NCBI RefSeq assembly: GCF_963921235.1
Contig: NC_086097.1
Span: 166,224,001 to 166,288,000, forward strand
Origin: Mobula hypostoma
Lineage: Eukaryota
Direction: 5' to 3'
Length of the DNA: 64,000 nucleotides
In this document: positions 12,265 to 23,039 of the stretch, piece by piece
Position numbering within the stretch: the stretch's first letter is position 1
Layout: each line of letters begins with the position of its first letter
Made by a program: the position numbers and the translations under genes
Notes under the pieces: model-generated
The model's database searches: none
Told to the model about the DNA's origin: nothing
Seen by the model: the letters and a program-made list of their open reading frames with translations, nothing else

Positions 12265-15000
12265 AGTCATAGAATCACAGAGTCGTAAAACACTGTAGCA
12301 CAGCAACAGGCTGTTTGGCCCATCTAGTCTGTGTTGAACCCCCATTAACCTGCCTGGTCCCATCGACTTGCACCCAGACCATAGCACTCCATCTCCCTCT
12401 CATCCTAGTACCTATCCAAGTTTCCCTTAAATGATTAAATCAACCCCACATCCACCATTTGTGCTGGCAGCTTGTTCCACACTCTCATTACCCTCTGAGT
12501 GAATAGGTTCCCCCTCACGTTCCCATTAAACATTTCACCCTTCACCCTTCACCCTTAACCCATTACCTCTAGCTGTTGTCTCACCCGACCTCATTATTTA
12601 GCCAATTTATACCTCTCATAATTTTGGACACCTCTGTCAAATCTCCCCTCTCCCCTTAATCTTCTATATTCTAGGGATTAAAGTCCTAACCTATTCTACC
12701 TTTCCCTATAACTCAGGTCCTCAAGTCAAAGCAACATCCTTGTAAATTTTCTCTGCACTCTTTCGAATATATTCATATTGTTCCTGAAGGTAGGTGACCA
12801 AAACTGCACACAACACTCCAAATTAGGCCTCACCAATATAGAATTTCAACATAACATCCCGATTCCTGCCTGTACTCAATACATTGACTTATGAAGGTCA
12901 ATGTGCCAAAAGTTTTTGTTACCTGTGATGCCACTTTCAAGGAATGATGGATCTGTATTCCCAGATCCCTCTGTTCTACCATACTTCTCAGAGTCGTGCA
13001 CTCTCTGGTGGTCCTCCCAATGTGTCATACATAACACTTGTCTGCATTAAATTCCATCTGCCATTTTTCAGTCCATTTTTCCAGCCATTTCAAAAACCAC
13101 TGTAAGCTCTGATAGTCTTCCATGCTGTCCACTACACCCCTAATCTTGATGTCATCCACAAATTTGCTGATCCGGTTTACCACATTATCATCCAGATCAC
13201 TGAGATAGATGACAAACAATTATGGACCCAGCACCAGTCCCTGCAGCACACCACTGGTCACAGGCCTCCATTCAGAGAGGCAACCAGCTACTACCACTCT
13301 CTGGGTTTTTCCACAAAATCAATGTCTAATCCAATTTACTACCTCAATTTGAAGGCCAAGCCACTGAATTTTCTTGACCAACCTCCAATTCCGGACCTTG
13401 TCAAAAGTCTTGCAAAAGTGCATGTAGACCACATTCACTGCCTTGTCTTAATCAATTTTTCTGGTAACTTCCTCAAAAACTTTATAAAATTGGTTTGGCA
13501 CAACTTACCATGGAAAAAACCATGTTGGTTATCCCTAATCAGTCCCTGTCCATCCAAATACTTATATACCTGGTCCCTTAGAATATCTTCCAATAACTTT
13601 TCCAGAACTGATGTCAGGCTCACCAACCTATGATTTCCTGGCTTACTCTTAGAGCCTTTATTAACTAACAGAACAACATTAGCTATCCTCCAATACTCCG
13701 ACACCTTCGGCTGTCCATCGGTTTTCAATGTTGACTAAGGCCTGGGCAAGGTTGTATGGAAGACCGGCAGTTGCCTATGCTGCAAGTCTCCCCTCTCCAC
13801 GCCACCGATGTTGTCCAAGGGAAGGGCACTAGGACCCATACAGCTTGGCACCGGTGTCGTTGCCAAGCAATGTATGGTTAAGTGCGTTGCTCAGGGACAC
13901 AACACACTGCCTCAGCTGAGGCTCGAACTAGCGACCTTCAGATCACTAGACAACACCTCACCTGAGGCTAAGGTTGTTTCTGTAGAAGCCCCTAGGATTC
14001 TCCTTCACCTTGGCTGCAAGAGCAACCTCATGCCTTCTTTTAGCCCTTCTGATTTCCTTCTTGAGTGTTTTCTTGCGTTTCTCATACTCCTCAAGCACCC
14101 CATTTGTTCCTGCCTGCATGTCCTTCTTTTTCTTAGCCAGGGCGTCAATATGTCTCAAAAGCCAAGGTTCCATATACATACCTTTAATTTTGGCAGGAAC
14201 ACACAAACTCCGTACTCTCAAAATTTCACTTTTGGAAGCCTCTCACTTACTAAGGACACCTTTGCCAGAAAACAACCTGTCCTAATCCACACTTGCAAGA
14301 TCTTTTCTGATACCATCAAAACTGGCCTTTCTCCAATCTAGAATCTCAACCAGAGGGCCAGAGTTATCCTTTTCTATAATTACCTTGGAACTAACGATAT
14401 TATGATCACTAGATGCAATGTGTTCTCCCACACAAACTTCTATCACGTGCCTTGTCTCATTTCCTAATAGGAGATCTGGCATTCACCCTCCCTAGTCGGG
14501 ACTTTTAGGTACTGATTAAGGAAACTTATTTTGAACACATTTGACAAACTCTTTCCCATCCAGCCCTTTTACAAAATGGGAATTTCAGTCAATATGTGGA
14601 AAGTTTGAATCACCTACCATCACAACCTTCTGTTTCTTGCAAAAGTCTACGATCTCTTTACAAATTTGCTTCTCTAAGTCCTGCAGACTGTTGGGTGGTC
14701 TATAATAAATTCCCATTAAAGTGGTCATAACTTTCTTTTTCCTCGGTTCATAAAGCCTCTCTAGATGATCTCTCCAGTCTGTTTAGACTGAGCACTGCCG
14801 TGACATTTTCCCTGAATAGTAATACCACCCCTCCCCCTTTAATCTGTCCCACTCTATCACATCTAAAACAATGGAACACCAGAACACTGAGCTGCCAGTC
14901 CTGCCCCTCCTGCAACTGTCTCACTAACAGCTAAAGTATCATGATTGCATACTCATCTGCCTTCCTTACAATTCTCCTTGCATCGTAATATATGCAGCTC
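12265..15000 (-). mobile_element. Degenerate CR1 LINE ORF2
   Basis: Minus-strand ORFs with ISKFVDD, WQMEFNADKC, PGNHRLVSLTS, KEIRRAKRRHE and SSDHNIV motifs. Confidence 0.88.
13707..13952 (-). mobile_element. tRNA-derived SINE (5'-truncated) nested in CR1
   Basis: Minus-strand B-box GTTCGAGCC and GTGTCCCTGAGCAACGCACTTAACC core; TSD ACACCT (13701-13706 and 13953-13958). Confidence 0.75.
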
Positions 15001-15055
15001 AGAACATTAGTTCCACCATACTCAATCTTTCCATTCCTGACCTTGGGTATGTATG

Positions 15056-15301
15056 TGATGCACTATCAATAACTCCAAAATACTGGAAGTAGGGTAAATA
15101 CTGAAAGGCTTTTATTAGCAGTAAAATGTGACCTCCACCAAGCTGAGTATCTGCCCTGGACTGAGAGGAGGAGCAGGGCGAAATCACCTTTATTCAGGGA
15201 TCTGTGGGAGGAGCCACAGGGGCAGTCAGCAGAGGGGTGTGTCCAGACAGGTAACCCAGTTACAACATATGTATATATATATATATATATGATTTACCAC
15301 A
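15056..15301 (-). mobile_element. Solo LTR
   Basis: TG...CA ends, AATAAA on the minus strand, 5-bp TSD GTATG (15051-15055 and 15302-15306); homologous to 53504-53732. Confidence 0.85.
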
Positions 15302-15861
15302 GTATGTTAACAACATCTGTCTCTACAACTACTCCCCCATATATTGTGGTGCTCTGGTTCCCATCCCTTGCATCTCCAGTTTAAAAGTTTTATCTCTTTT
15401 CAATAGTATTTACACTCTGTTCAAATTCTATTCAACTGTAGTTTAATATTTTGGATACCTGCTAAAGGTGTGATATCAACTCCAAACCACTTGTAGATTA
15501 ATTTGAAATGACACATTACTGAATACAAGCATGAGAAATATCTTTCATTAATGTCAGAGTGAAATGGTAGCACTTAGGCACAATAACAATTGACTGCTGT
15601 TGGCTTAGCTCAGAATAAAATCACTTTGTTAAATTTACCACATCATTAAGACAGTAAACTAGAATATTCCTCTGAGTTAGTTATCTAGTCTCAAGGCTCA
15701 CATGATGACTGCTATTGTGAAGGCAGAGGTGGAGAAGCGACAAGGTTTCCATGTTACAAGAGCAGAGATTCAGCAACCTGATAACATTCTTGAGGCAGAC
15801 CTGTTAGTGATCAGCCAGTAACCCAGATGTTGTGTGTTTAATATTTAAGTAATAGTTGAGA

Positions 15862-16701
15862 TAATTACGTAGTGGGTAGTCGTCGTTGTGGCTATCCCTC
15901 GAGGTCGAGGATGATGGTCTTCATTCTGTTGATCTACTTATGGGCTCTCAAGTGGCTTATGAGTCCAATCTTGGCTTTGAAAGTTCTTCTGCATTCAGGA
16001 CAGGTAGTTCCAGATGGCAGATCGCGCTTTGGTTGTTGCTGCCTCTCTTTCCATTTTCTTCTCTTTTCTTCTAATTCTGCACATCTATTGGCTTTGATAA
16101 GTTGCTGTTCCTTCTTGGATGATGGCTTGGCAGAGTTTCCTGTCCTTGGCATTGGTTTCCCAATTGTTGATGTCGACGTTACATTTCTTCATGTTGGCTT
16201 TTAAGATGTCTTTGGATCTTTTCTGTTGTCCGCCTCTTTTATGCTTCTTTAAGCTGGGAGTAGAAGATTTGTTTTGGCAGACGTTCGTGGGTAGTGGTAG
16301 TGACTCCATATGTCACTACTACAGGGCGTGACGACCCTGACTTACACGAGTCCCGGGCTCAGCTGGCTCCAGCTGACAGGATCCGGTATGGATCCCTATC
16401 CAGGGTTACGGATCCCACTGCCTTGTGGGTATCTTCGGGAAAAGAGAAGGTTAAGGAGTAAACCCTACACAAATCCGGAGTGAAGCCCCTAAGGCGGTTG
16501 GATGATGTATCATGTCACCTCCCAGCAGCTCCTGCAGCCAAGCTGATGCCAAATGTACTGCTTCGCATTCCTTTGGACCACATCCACAAGGCCAAGAGGA
16601 GGATCTTGACGTCTGGGCAGCCCAGGATCTTCATATTCATCGCCCAGGTCTGCGTCCCAGAATGGGCGCATCCATTGTCTACTTAGACAGATGGAGCCAT
16701 G
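15862..16701 (-). mobile_element. RTE-clade LINE insertion: 3' end on minus strand (15862-16289) plus an inverted putative 5' segment (16290-16701)
   Basis: ERLPKQIFYSQL and CPECRRTFKAKIGLISHLRAH (C2H2) C-terminus; 11-bp TSD AATAGTTGAGA (15851-15861 and 16702-16712) splitting the LTR. Confidence 0.8.
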
Positions 16702-18407
16702 AATAGTTGAGAAATCTTTTGTGAGTATATTGGTTCATTAAGCGCTCTTGTTCATTTAAATAATTCATTAAGGATTATATGTATAAATATGTGAATTGCA
16801 TATATCATTGCGCTACCACACGATACCTCTGTATTGCTTAAAGTAAACTCAAAGTTAGACCAGCATTTTCAGATTTGTGTACCACCTTTGAATTAGTTTA
16901 ATGCTTTGAAGTTATGAAACATAACATTGATGACAAGAAATGTTTTAAATGAACCCAAGATGGCTACAAACTTGTTGAAGTGCAGCGAGACGTTTGAACT
17001 AAAAAAAAGCAGTAAGAGATGGTTGAGTTACTAAAAGCAGCACAGCACATGTTCTTCAGAAGGGAAGACATGATCAAGGTTTTTAAAAGAATTCAAAAAA
17101 GGGAAGAAACCATGTGTTCCTAAACACTTTGAGTACTGGGTGTTAATAATCATAAAAAAGAGCAAAATGGCAGGCTACATCGGAAAGATAAGCATGTTTG
17201 ACTACAGAACTGATAATTGGATTTTATATACCGGGCAGATCGAGGGGTATTTTGAAGCAAATGAAATAGCAAATGAGAAGCAGGTATAAATTTTGCTGAG
17301 TGCATTGGGTTTAAGAGCATCCAATTTGCTTTGAAGTTTGTCTGCTCCTACCAAACTAGAAGAAATGAGCTTTGATGATATTGTCAAAGTAATGTACGAA
17401 CACTTAGAACTGAAACAGTTGTTGATTTAATTTTCATAAATGGAATCAAAAAGAAGGGGAGTCCATTTCAGTGTACGTGGCTTAATTGAAGAAATTGCCT
17501 GAACATTGACAGTTTGGTAATGGCTTCACAATGCATGGAGAGATCGTCTTGTTAGTGGAACCTTAGAAGAAAACATCCAAAAATGGGTCCTAACTGAAGC
17601 ACAACTCACATTTAAAAGAGCAGTTGAAATCGCTGTTTCAATGGAAACTGCAGACAGAGGTGCAATTGAGTTGCAGTCAGGAATGAAAGTGAGTGTGAAC
17701 AAAAATTGTAACATCTAAACATCTAACCAGAAAGTGGCCTAGCTGACCAAATTGTGTTACCATTGTGGTAGTGGCTCATATACACCAGACCAATGCAGTT
17801 TTAAAGGCGAAACTTGCAGAAAATGCAACAAAGTAGGCCTTGTACAAAGAGCATGTCGGTAAGACAAAAATAAATGGACTGCACAGAGAAGCGAAAAAGC
17901 AAGAAAGTTAAGAGTCAGTTTCAAAAAGAGCACTGATTGGCATGCTATTGATGAAAAGTCTGATAATGATGACAGTGACACCGGACTGGCTGGCCTTGAG
18001 ATTTACAATGTGAAAACTAGCAAAAGACAAACAATATGGCCTACACCAGAGTGAATGACAAATTAATTAAAGTGGAATTAGACGCTGGTTCAGTTGTTTC
18101 AGTCATTCTACAGAATGAGTTTGAGAGACATTTCAAGGATACTAAACTGTAGATATCCAACTAAGAACTTGAACTGGAGAAAATATGTAGGTTATGAAAC
18201 CTGTGGGAATGACATTCGTGATAGTGGAGTGCAACAACCAACAAGCCACATTGAGCTTGTATATGGTAAAAACAGGAGGAACAACATTGTGAGAACATGA
18301 GTGGCTGATCCAACTACAACTTGATTGGAATCCAGCCACTATTTCCATGCCACATCTGCAATGCAGCAAACTGAAAGTAAATTAAGTAAGGTACTGGATA
18401 ATGCCAC

Positions 18408-19017
18408 AACTGTCTCCATGCCAAACACCATGAACCGTTGCCCAACAGGACAAAGCCAGCTGTTGGTACAGCCTCTGCGCTTCCAGCTGGAAAGCGTATT
18501 CGACCAAGGAAGGACCATGCTGGTCAGAGGAAGCATGAAAGTGATGAAAATTCTGCTCTGACTACAACAGTTTATGCAGGCGACATACCTGAGAAAGCTT
18601 CTGATATGTTAATCAGACAGTTACTTCTGAAATGTGGCTTGGTTTTAAGCTGGAAGAGAGTTCAAGGAGCTTCAGGAAAGTTGCAAGCATTTGGCTTTTG
18701 TAAGTATAAAAATCCAGAATCTATTATTGAAGTTTATTGCATGAACTTCAAGTGGGAGACAAAAAGCTGCTTTTAAAAGTAGAAGCAAAGACCAAAGCCC
18801 AGCTGGATGAATGGAAGATCAAAAAGAAAGACGTCAATGGAAATACAAAATCAGAGGATTTGTCAGGTGAGGTTGTGGATGAGGAAACCAAGAGGAGAGA
18901 GATCAGATCGTAAAGGGTGCAATAGAAGGATTAGTAAGAGAACACTCTAGTGATTTAAATGCATCTTTCCAAGATCAAGAAGCACAAACTAGAAGGAGAA
19001 AAAGGAAGAAAAAGAAA
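18408..19017 (+). pseudogene. RBM25: Intronless RBM25 (RNA-binding motif protein 25) fragment including the RRM, frameshifted
   Basis: Translates as TTTVYAGDIPEKASDMLIRQLLLKCGLVLSWKRVQGASGKLQAFGFCKYKNPES, then in other frames LHELQVGDKKLLLKVEAKTKAQLDEWK, DEETKRR and DQIVKGAIEGLVREHSSDLNA. These match vertebrate RBM25 as I recall it. Confidence 0.93.
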
Positions 19018-19462
19018 AGTGTCCAGAGCTGTCAGAACCACTTCCTGCAGTCTCAGAATCAGCTCCTACAACCACCATGGAGCAGGCACTAAAATCTGAG
19101 ATTGCTTTTATATCCACAAGTCTCACCTGCCCAGCAGAGTGATCCCCCTTGTCAGGAAGGACAGAATCAGAATCAGGTTTAAAATCACCAGCATATATTG
19201 TGAAATTTATTGTCTTTGCAACAGCAGTACAATGCAATACACAATAGAGGAAAACACTGTGAATTACAGTAAGTATATATACAAACACATACACACATAT
19301 ACATAATAGAGGAAAAAACTGTGAATTACAGTAAGTATATGTACATACACATACACACATATACATATATGAAGTTAAATTAAATATGTAGTGCAAAAAT
19401 AAAAACAAAAACATAATGAGGTAGTGTTCATGGTTTAATGTCCATCCATTCAGAAATCAGAT

Positions 19463-19661
19463 TGTTGTTAGTCCTTTCTGCAGCTTGTGGCATATTGGGC
19501 AACCTTTCCATTTCCTTAGCATTTGTCTGTTTTTTAACGAGGCCGAGTTGCTAGCTCAATGCACAACCCAGCATCCCTAAGCATGCAAGGAGCTGGCCAG
19601 ATTTGAACCCAGGACCACTCGCCTTGAAATCTGGTGCTGATGCCACTACACCACCAGCCAG
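19463..19661 (-). mobile_element. tRNA-derived SINE
   Basis: A-box TGGTGTAGTGG and B-box GGTTCAAATC on the minus strand; TSD CATTCAGAAAT (19447-19457 and 19662-19672). Confidence 0.75.
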
Positions 19662-20049
19662 CATTCAGAAATTGGATGGCAGAGGGGAAGAAGCTGTTCC
19701 TGAATCATCGAGTGTGCCTTCAGGCTCCTGTGCCTTCCTTCTGACGGTAGCAGTGAGAACAGGGCATATCCCGGATGATGGAGGTCCTTAATGATGGATA
19801 CTTTTTGAGACATTGCTCCTTGCAGATGCGCTGGATACTACAGAGGCCCATGATAAAGGTGACTTAAGTTTAAAACTCTCTGCAGCTTATTTCAATCCCA
19901 TGCAGTAGCACCAAACGCACCCCCTACCCCATACCATTCAGTGATGCAGCCAGTAAGAATGCTCTCCACATTACATCTATAGAAATTTGTGAATGTGTTT
20001 GATGACATACAAAATCTCCTCATACTCCTTTTGAAATATAGCCACTAGT

Positions 20050-20258
20050 CACCCCCTTCACATCAGTGTTCAGTAGATGCACCTTTGGCAGCAATTAGAG
20101 CCTTGAATATGCATGGATAAGTCTCTATCAGCTTTGCACATCTGGACACCAACTTTTCCCCATTCTTCTTTACAAAACTGCTCAAGCTCTGTCAGATTGC
20201 ATGGGGATCGCGAGTGAACAACCCTTTTCAAGTCCAGATACAAATTCTCAATTGGGGA
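20050..20258 (-). mobile_element. Tc1-like transposase C-terminal fragment
   Basis: SPIENLYLDLKRVVHSRSPCNLTELEQFCKEEW motif. Confidence 0.8.
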
Positions 20259-21294
20259 ATACTTTTTATAGGCACTACAAATGTACATAGATTTTATATT
20301 CATAAAGTAACACTAGGCACAGAATTATCTGTACATAAGGTGACAGACAGAAAATGATAAAATAGCAGTGGTGGGGCGGGTTAGTAGGTGGAGGTGTTAA
20401 TCAGCCTTCCTGCTTAAGGAAAGTAACTGCTTTTGAGTCTGATGTGCCTCGCATGGATGGTAGGTAGCCTCCTCCCTGAGGTGTGGGACGAACAGTCCAT
20501 GAGCAGGGTGTGAGGGATCCTTCATAATGTTGCTAGCCTTTTTCTAGCACATTTCTGTATATATGTCCTTGATGGTGGGTAGTTTGTCCCTGATGTTGGC
20601 ATCAAAAGTGTGGTGACACTTATGGGTTTCTCCAGCACAACTCTGTGTTTCTATATGTACATATCCGGGGCTGAGCAATGGGGCGGAATTCTTGGGGAGT
20701 TGGAGAGAGAGGTTTGGATACAGAATAACAGGTAATTGCAGATGTGATGAATTATTTATTCCTGCTGAGACTTGCAGGCTGAAATCAAGTTGAGGACCTC
20801 AGAGATTTATAGAAAGTTCGAAGTAGTTTATTATCAAAGTACATAGTATATGTCACTTTATGCAAACCTGAGATTTATTTTTGTTGTGGACATAACAAGA
20901 AACATAATGGAATCAATGAAAGACTGCACCAACAGGATGGACAAACAAAAAATGAGCAAAGGACAACAAAGTGTGTAAATACAAAAGAAATAAAAGCAAT
21001 AAGTATCAAGAACATGGGACGAAGAGTCCCAGAGTGAGTCCACAGGTTGTGGGAGCAATTCAGTGACAGGTCAAGTGAAGTTAAGTGAAGCTGTGTGAAG
21101 TTATACCCCTGGTTCAAGAGCCTGATGGTTCAGGGGTAACAGAAAGAACAGCATGGACACCTTTGGGAATTGCAAACTGGAACTGAGGAGTTTGGGAATG
21201 GTTTTTATTATAAACGTAATAACATGCACATGGAAGGGAGTAACAGATAGGATTCCTAGGTTTGTTATAAAAGTGAATACCTCTGTATTGTCCT

Positions 21295-21664
21295 AATGTT
21301 TAAAGGACTAGAAAAGGTGAATATGTAGTGGATGTTTCCTGTGATGGGGATATCCAGAACTAGAGAGCACAGCCTCAAAATTGAGGGGTGACCTTTTAGA
21401 ACAGAAGTAAGGAAGAATTGTTTTAGACAGAGAGTGCTGAATCCATGGAATGCTCTGCCATAGACTACGGTAGAGGCCAAGTCCGCAGGTACATTCAAAG
21501 TGGAAGTTGATAGATTCTTGATTGGTTGGGGCATCAAAGAATATGATGAGAGGGCAGGTGTATGGGGTTGAAATGGGATCCGGAATCAGCTGTGATAAAA
21601 TGGCGGAGTGGACTCGATGAGCTGAATGGCCTAATTCTGCTCCTATGCCTAATGGTCTTATGGT
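21295..21664 (+). mobile_element. CR1 3' fragment
   Basis: CR1 C-terminal coding remnant, GCTGAATGGCCT stem-loop and ATGGTCTT tail. Confidence 0.8.
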
Positions 21665-23039
21665 AATACCTTCTTTGTAGCTGTATCCATATGTTGGGAC
21701 CAGGATAGATCCTCAGAGATACTGACATCCAGAAAACTTGGAACTGCTCACTCTTTCCACTTTTGATTCATCTATGTGTGTGTTCCCTCGTATTACCCTT
21801 TCTGAAGCCCACAATCAGTTCTTGGGTCTTATTGACACTGAGTTCAAGGTCATTGCTGCAATACCACTCAACCAGCTGATACAGCTCACTTCTCTATGCC
21901 CTCTCATCACCATCTGAAATTTGTCAACAATAGTTGTGTCATCAGCAAATTTATAGATGGCATTTGAGCTGTGCGTAGCCATGCAGTCTTGGGTGTAGAG
22001 AGAAAAGAGGAGTGCGCTAAGCACACATCCCTAAGATGTGCCACTTTTGATTGTCAGTGAGGTGGAGATGGTACTTCTGATCCCTACAGATTGTGGGCTT
22101 CCAGTTAGGAAGTCGAGGATCCAGTTGCAGAGGGAGGTATAGAGGCCTAGGCTTTGGAACATTTCGATCTGAACTGTAGAAATTATTGCATTAAACACTA
22201 AGCTATAGTCAATAAACAGCATTCTGACATAGGTGTTAGTATTATCCAGGTGGTCCAAGGCTGCCTTAAGAACCAATAAGATTGCATCCGTGGTAGATGT
22301 ATTGTGGCGATAGGTCCTTACTAAGAAAGAAATTAATTCTAGCTACAGCAACCTCTCAAAGCACTTCATGACTGCAGATGCGAGTGACGTTATCCTACAA
22401 GTGTAAGAAAGTCTCCATAGCAATTAAATCTTTAGCCCTTAATGGGACAATTTCAAATTTACTGTGCTGTGGATGTCTCCATACAGCAGTTGTATTATAT
22501 AATACACTATGTAGATGTGATGCATTCTCTGTCGAGTAGGAGCTTATAGTGAAGTGTGTTGTGTACTTAATATTTAAGTACATTTGAGCAATCTTGTGTG
22601 TGTGTGTGTATGTGTGTATATATATATAGGTTGATTAAGCATCCTTGCTCATTTAAATGATTCATTATGGGTTATATGTACAACTACATGAATTGCATTC
22701 ATCAACACACTACCATGCAAAATGTGCGCCTCGCTTAAAGTAAACTCCAAGTTACACCCGCATTTTTGAAGTCCCATGTCTTCCCTTGAATTAGTTGAAT
22801 GTTTGAAGTTACAAAATTGACAGGACTTGTTAATAACACATCAGTGGGACTTCCTTCTGATGGGTTCCAGTGCATTAGCCCCTGAGAGGAGTCCAGTGCC
22901 CATTTGATTGGCAGGCCATGTGAAATGCAGTGTCCTTGATGGCAAGTGGCCCCTGAATAGCTTTGACTGGTTGTTATGGTGATAACTCCACATTTTCATG
23001 CAAACACCCAACAACATTTTGCTAATTCAAGGTTATTGA

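Larger units (their letters stand above)
19163..22385 (-). mobile_element. Rex1/Babar-type LINE inserted in the Gypsy pol tail, itself interrupted
   Basis: (GATTCT)n tail at 19163; RT motifs [29 protein letters not shown] and YKFADDTTIV (21815-22276); 3-bp GAC overlap at both junctions. Confidence 0.8.
15828..22822 (+). mobile_element. Old Gypsy-type LTR retrotransposon (5' LTR 15828-16926, 3' LTR 22557-22822) with a captured RBM25 fragment and nested insertions
   Basis: Two diverged homologous LTRs start TGTTGTGT..TTAATATTTAAGTA. A decayed PBS lies at 16927. Gag starts at 17167 (MAGYIGKIS...), with zinc knuckles CYHCGSG...CRKCNKVG near 17755 and a protease-like ELDAGS near 18075. The pol tail CQEGRYPTSVRKSP is split across 19150-19162 and 22389 onward. 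Confidence 0.82.

Noticed and set aside
18438..18776. RBM25 as a functional host gene exon
   Set aside because: It is frameshifted, lacks the N- and C-terminal parts and splice-site structure, and sits inside a retrotransposon.
19243..19370. ~62-bp tandem duplication with (CA/TA)n
   Set aside because: Slippage within the 3' UTR of a LINE fragment.
15820..22835. TSD for the RBM25-carrying Gypsy element
   Set aside because: The left flank CCAGA does not match the right flank GGACT. The element is called from LTR homology and domain order only, so a recombinant of two copies cannot be excluded.
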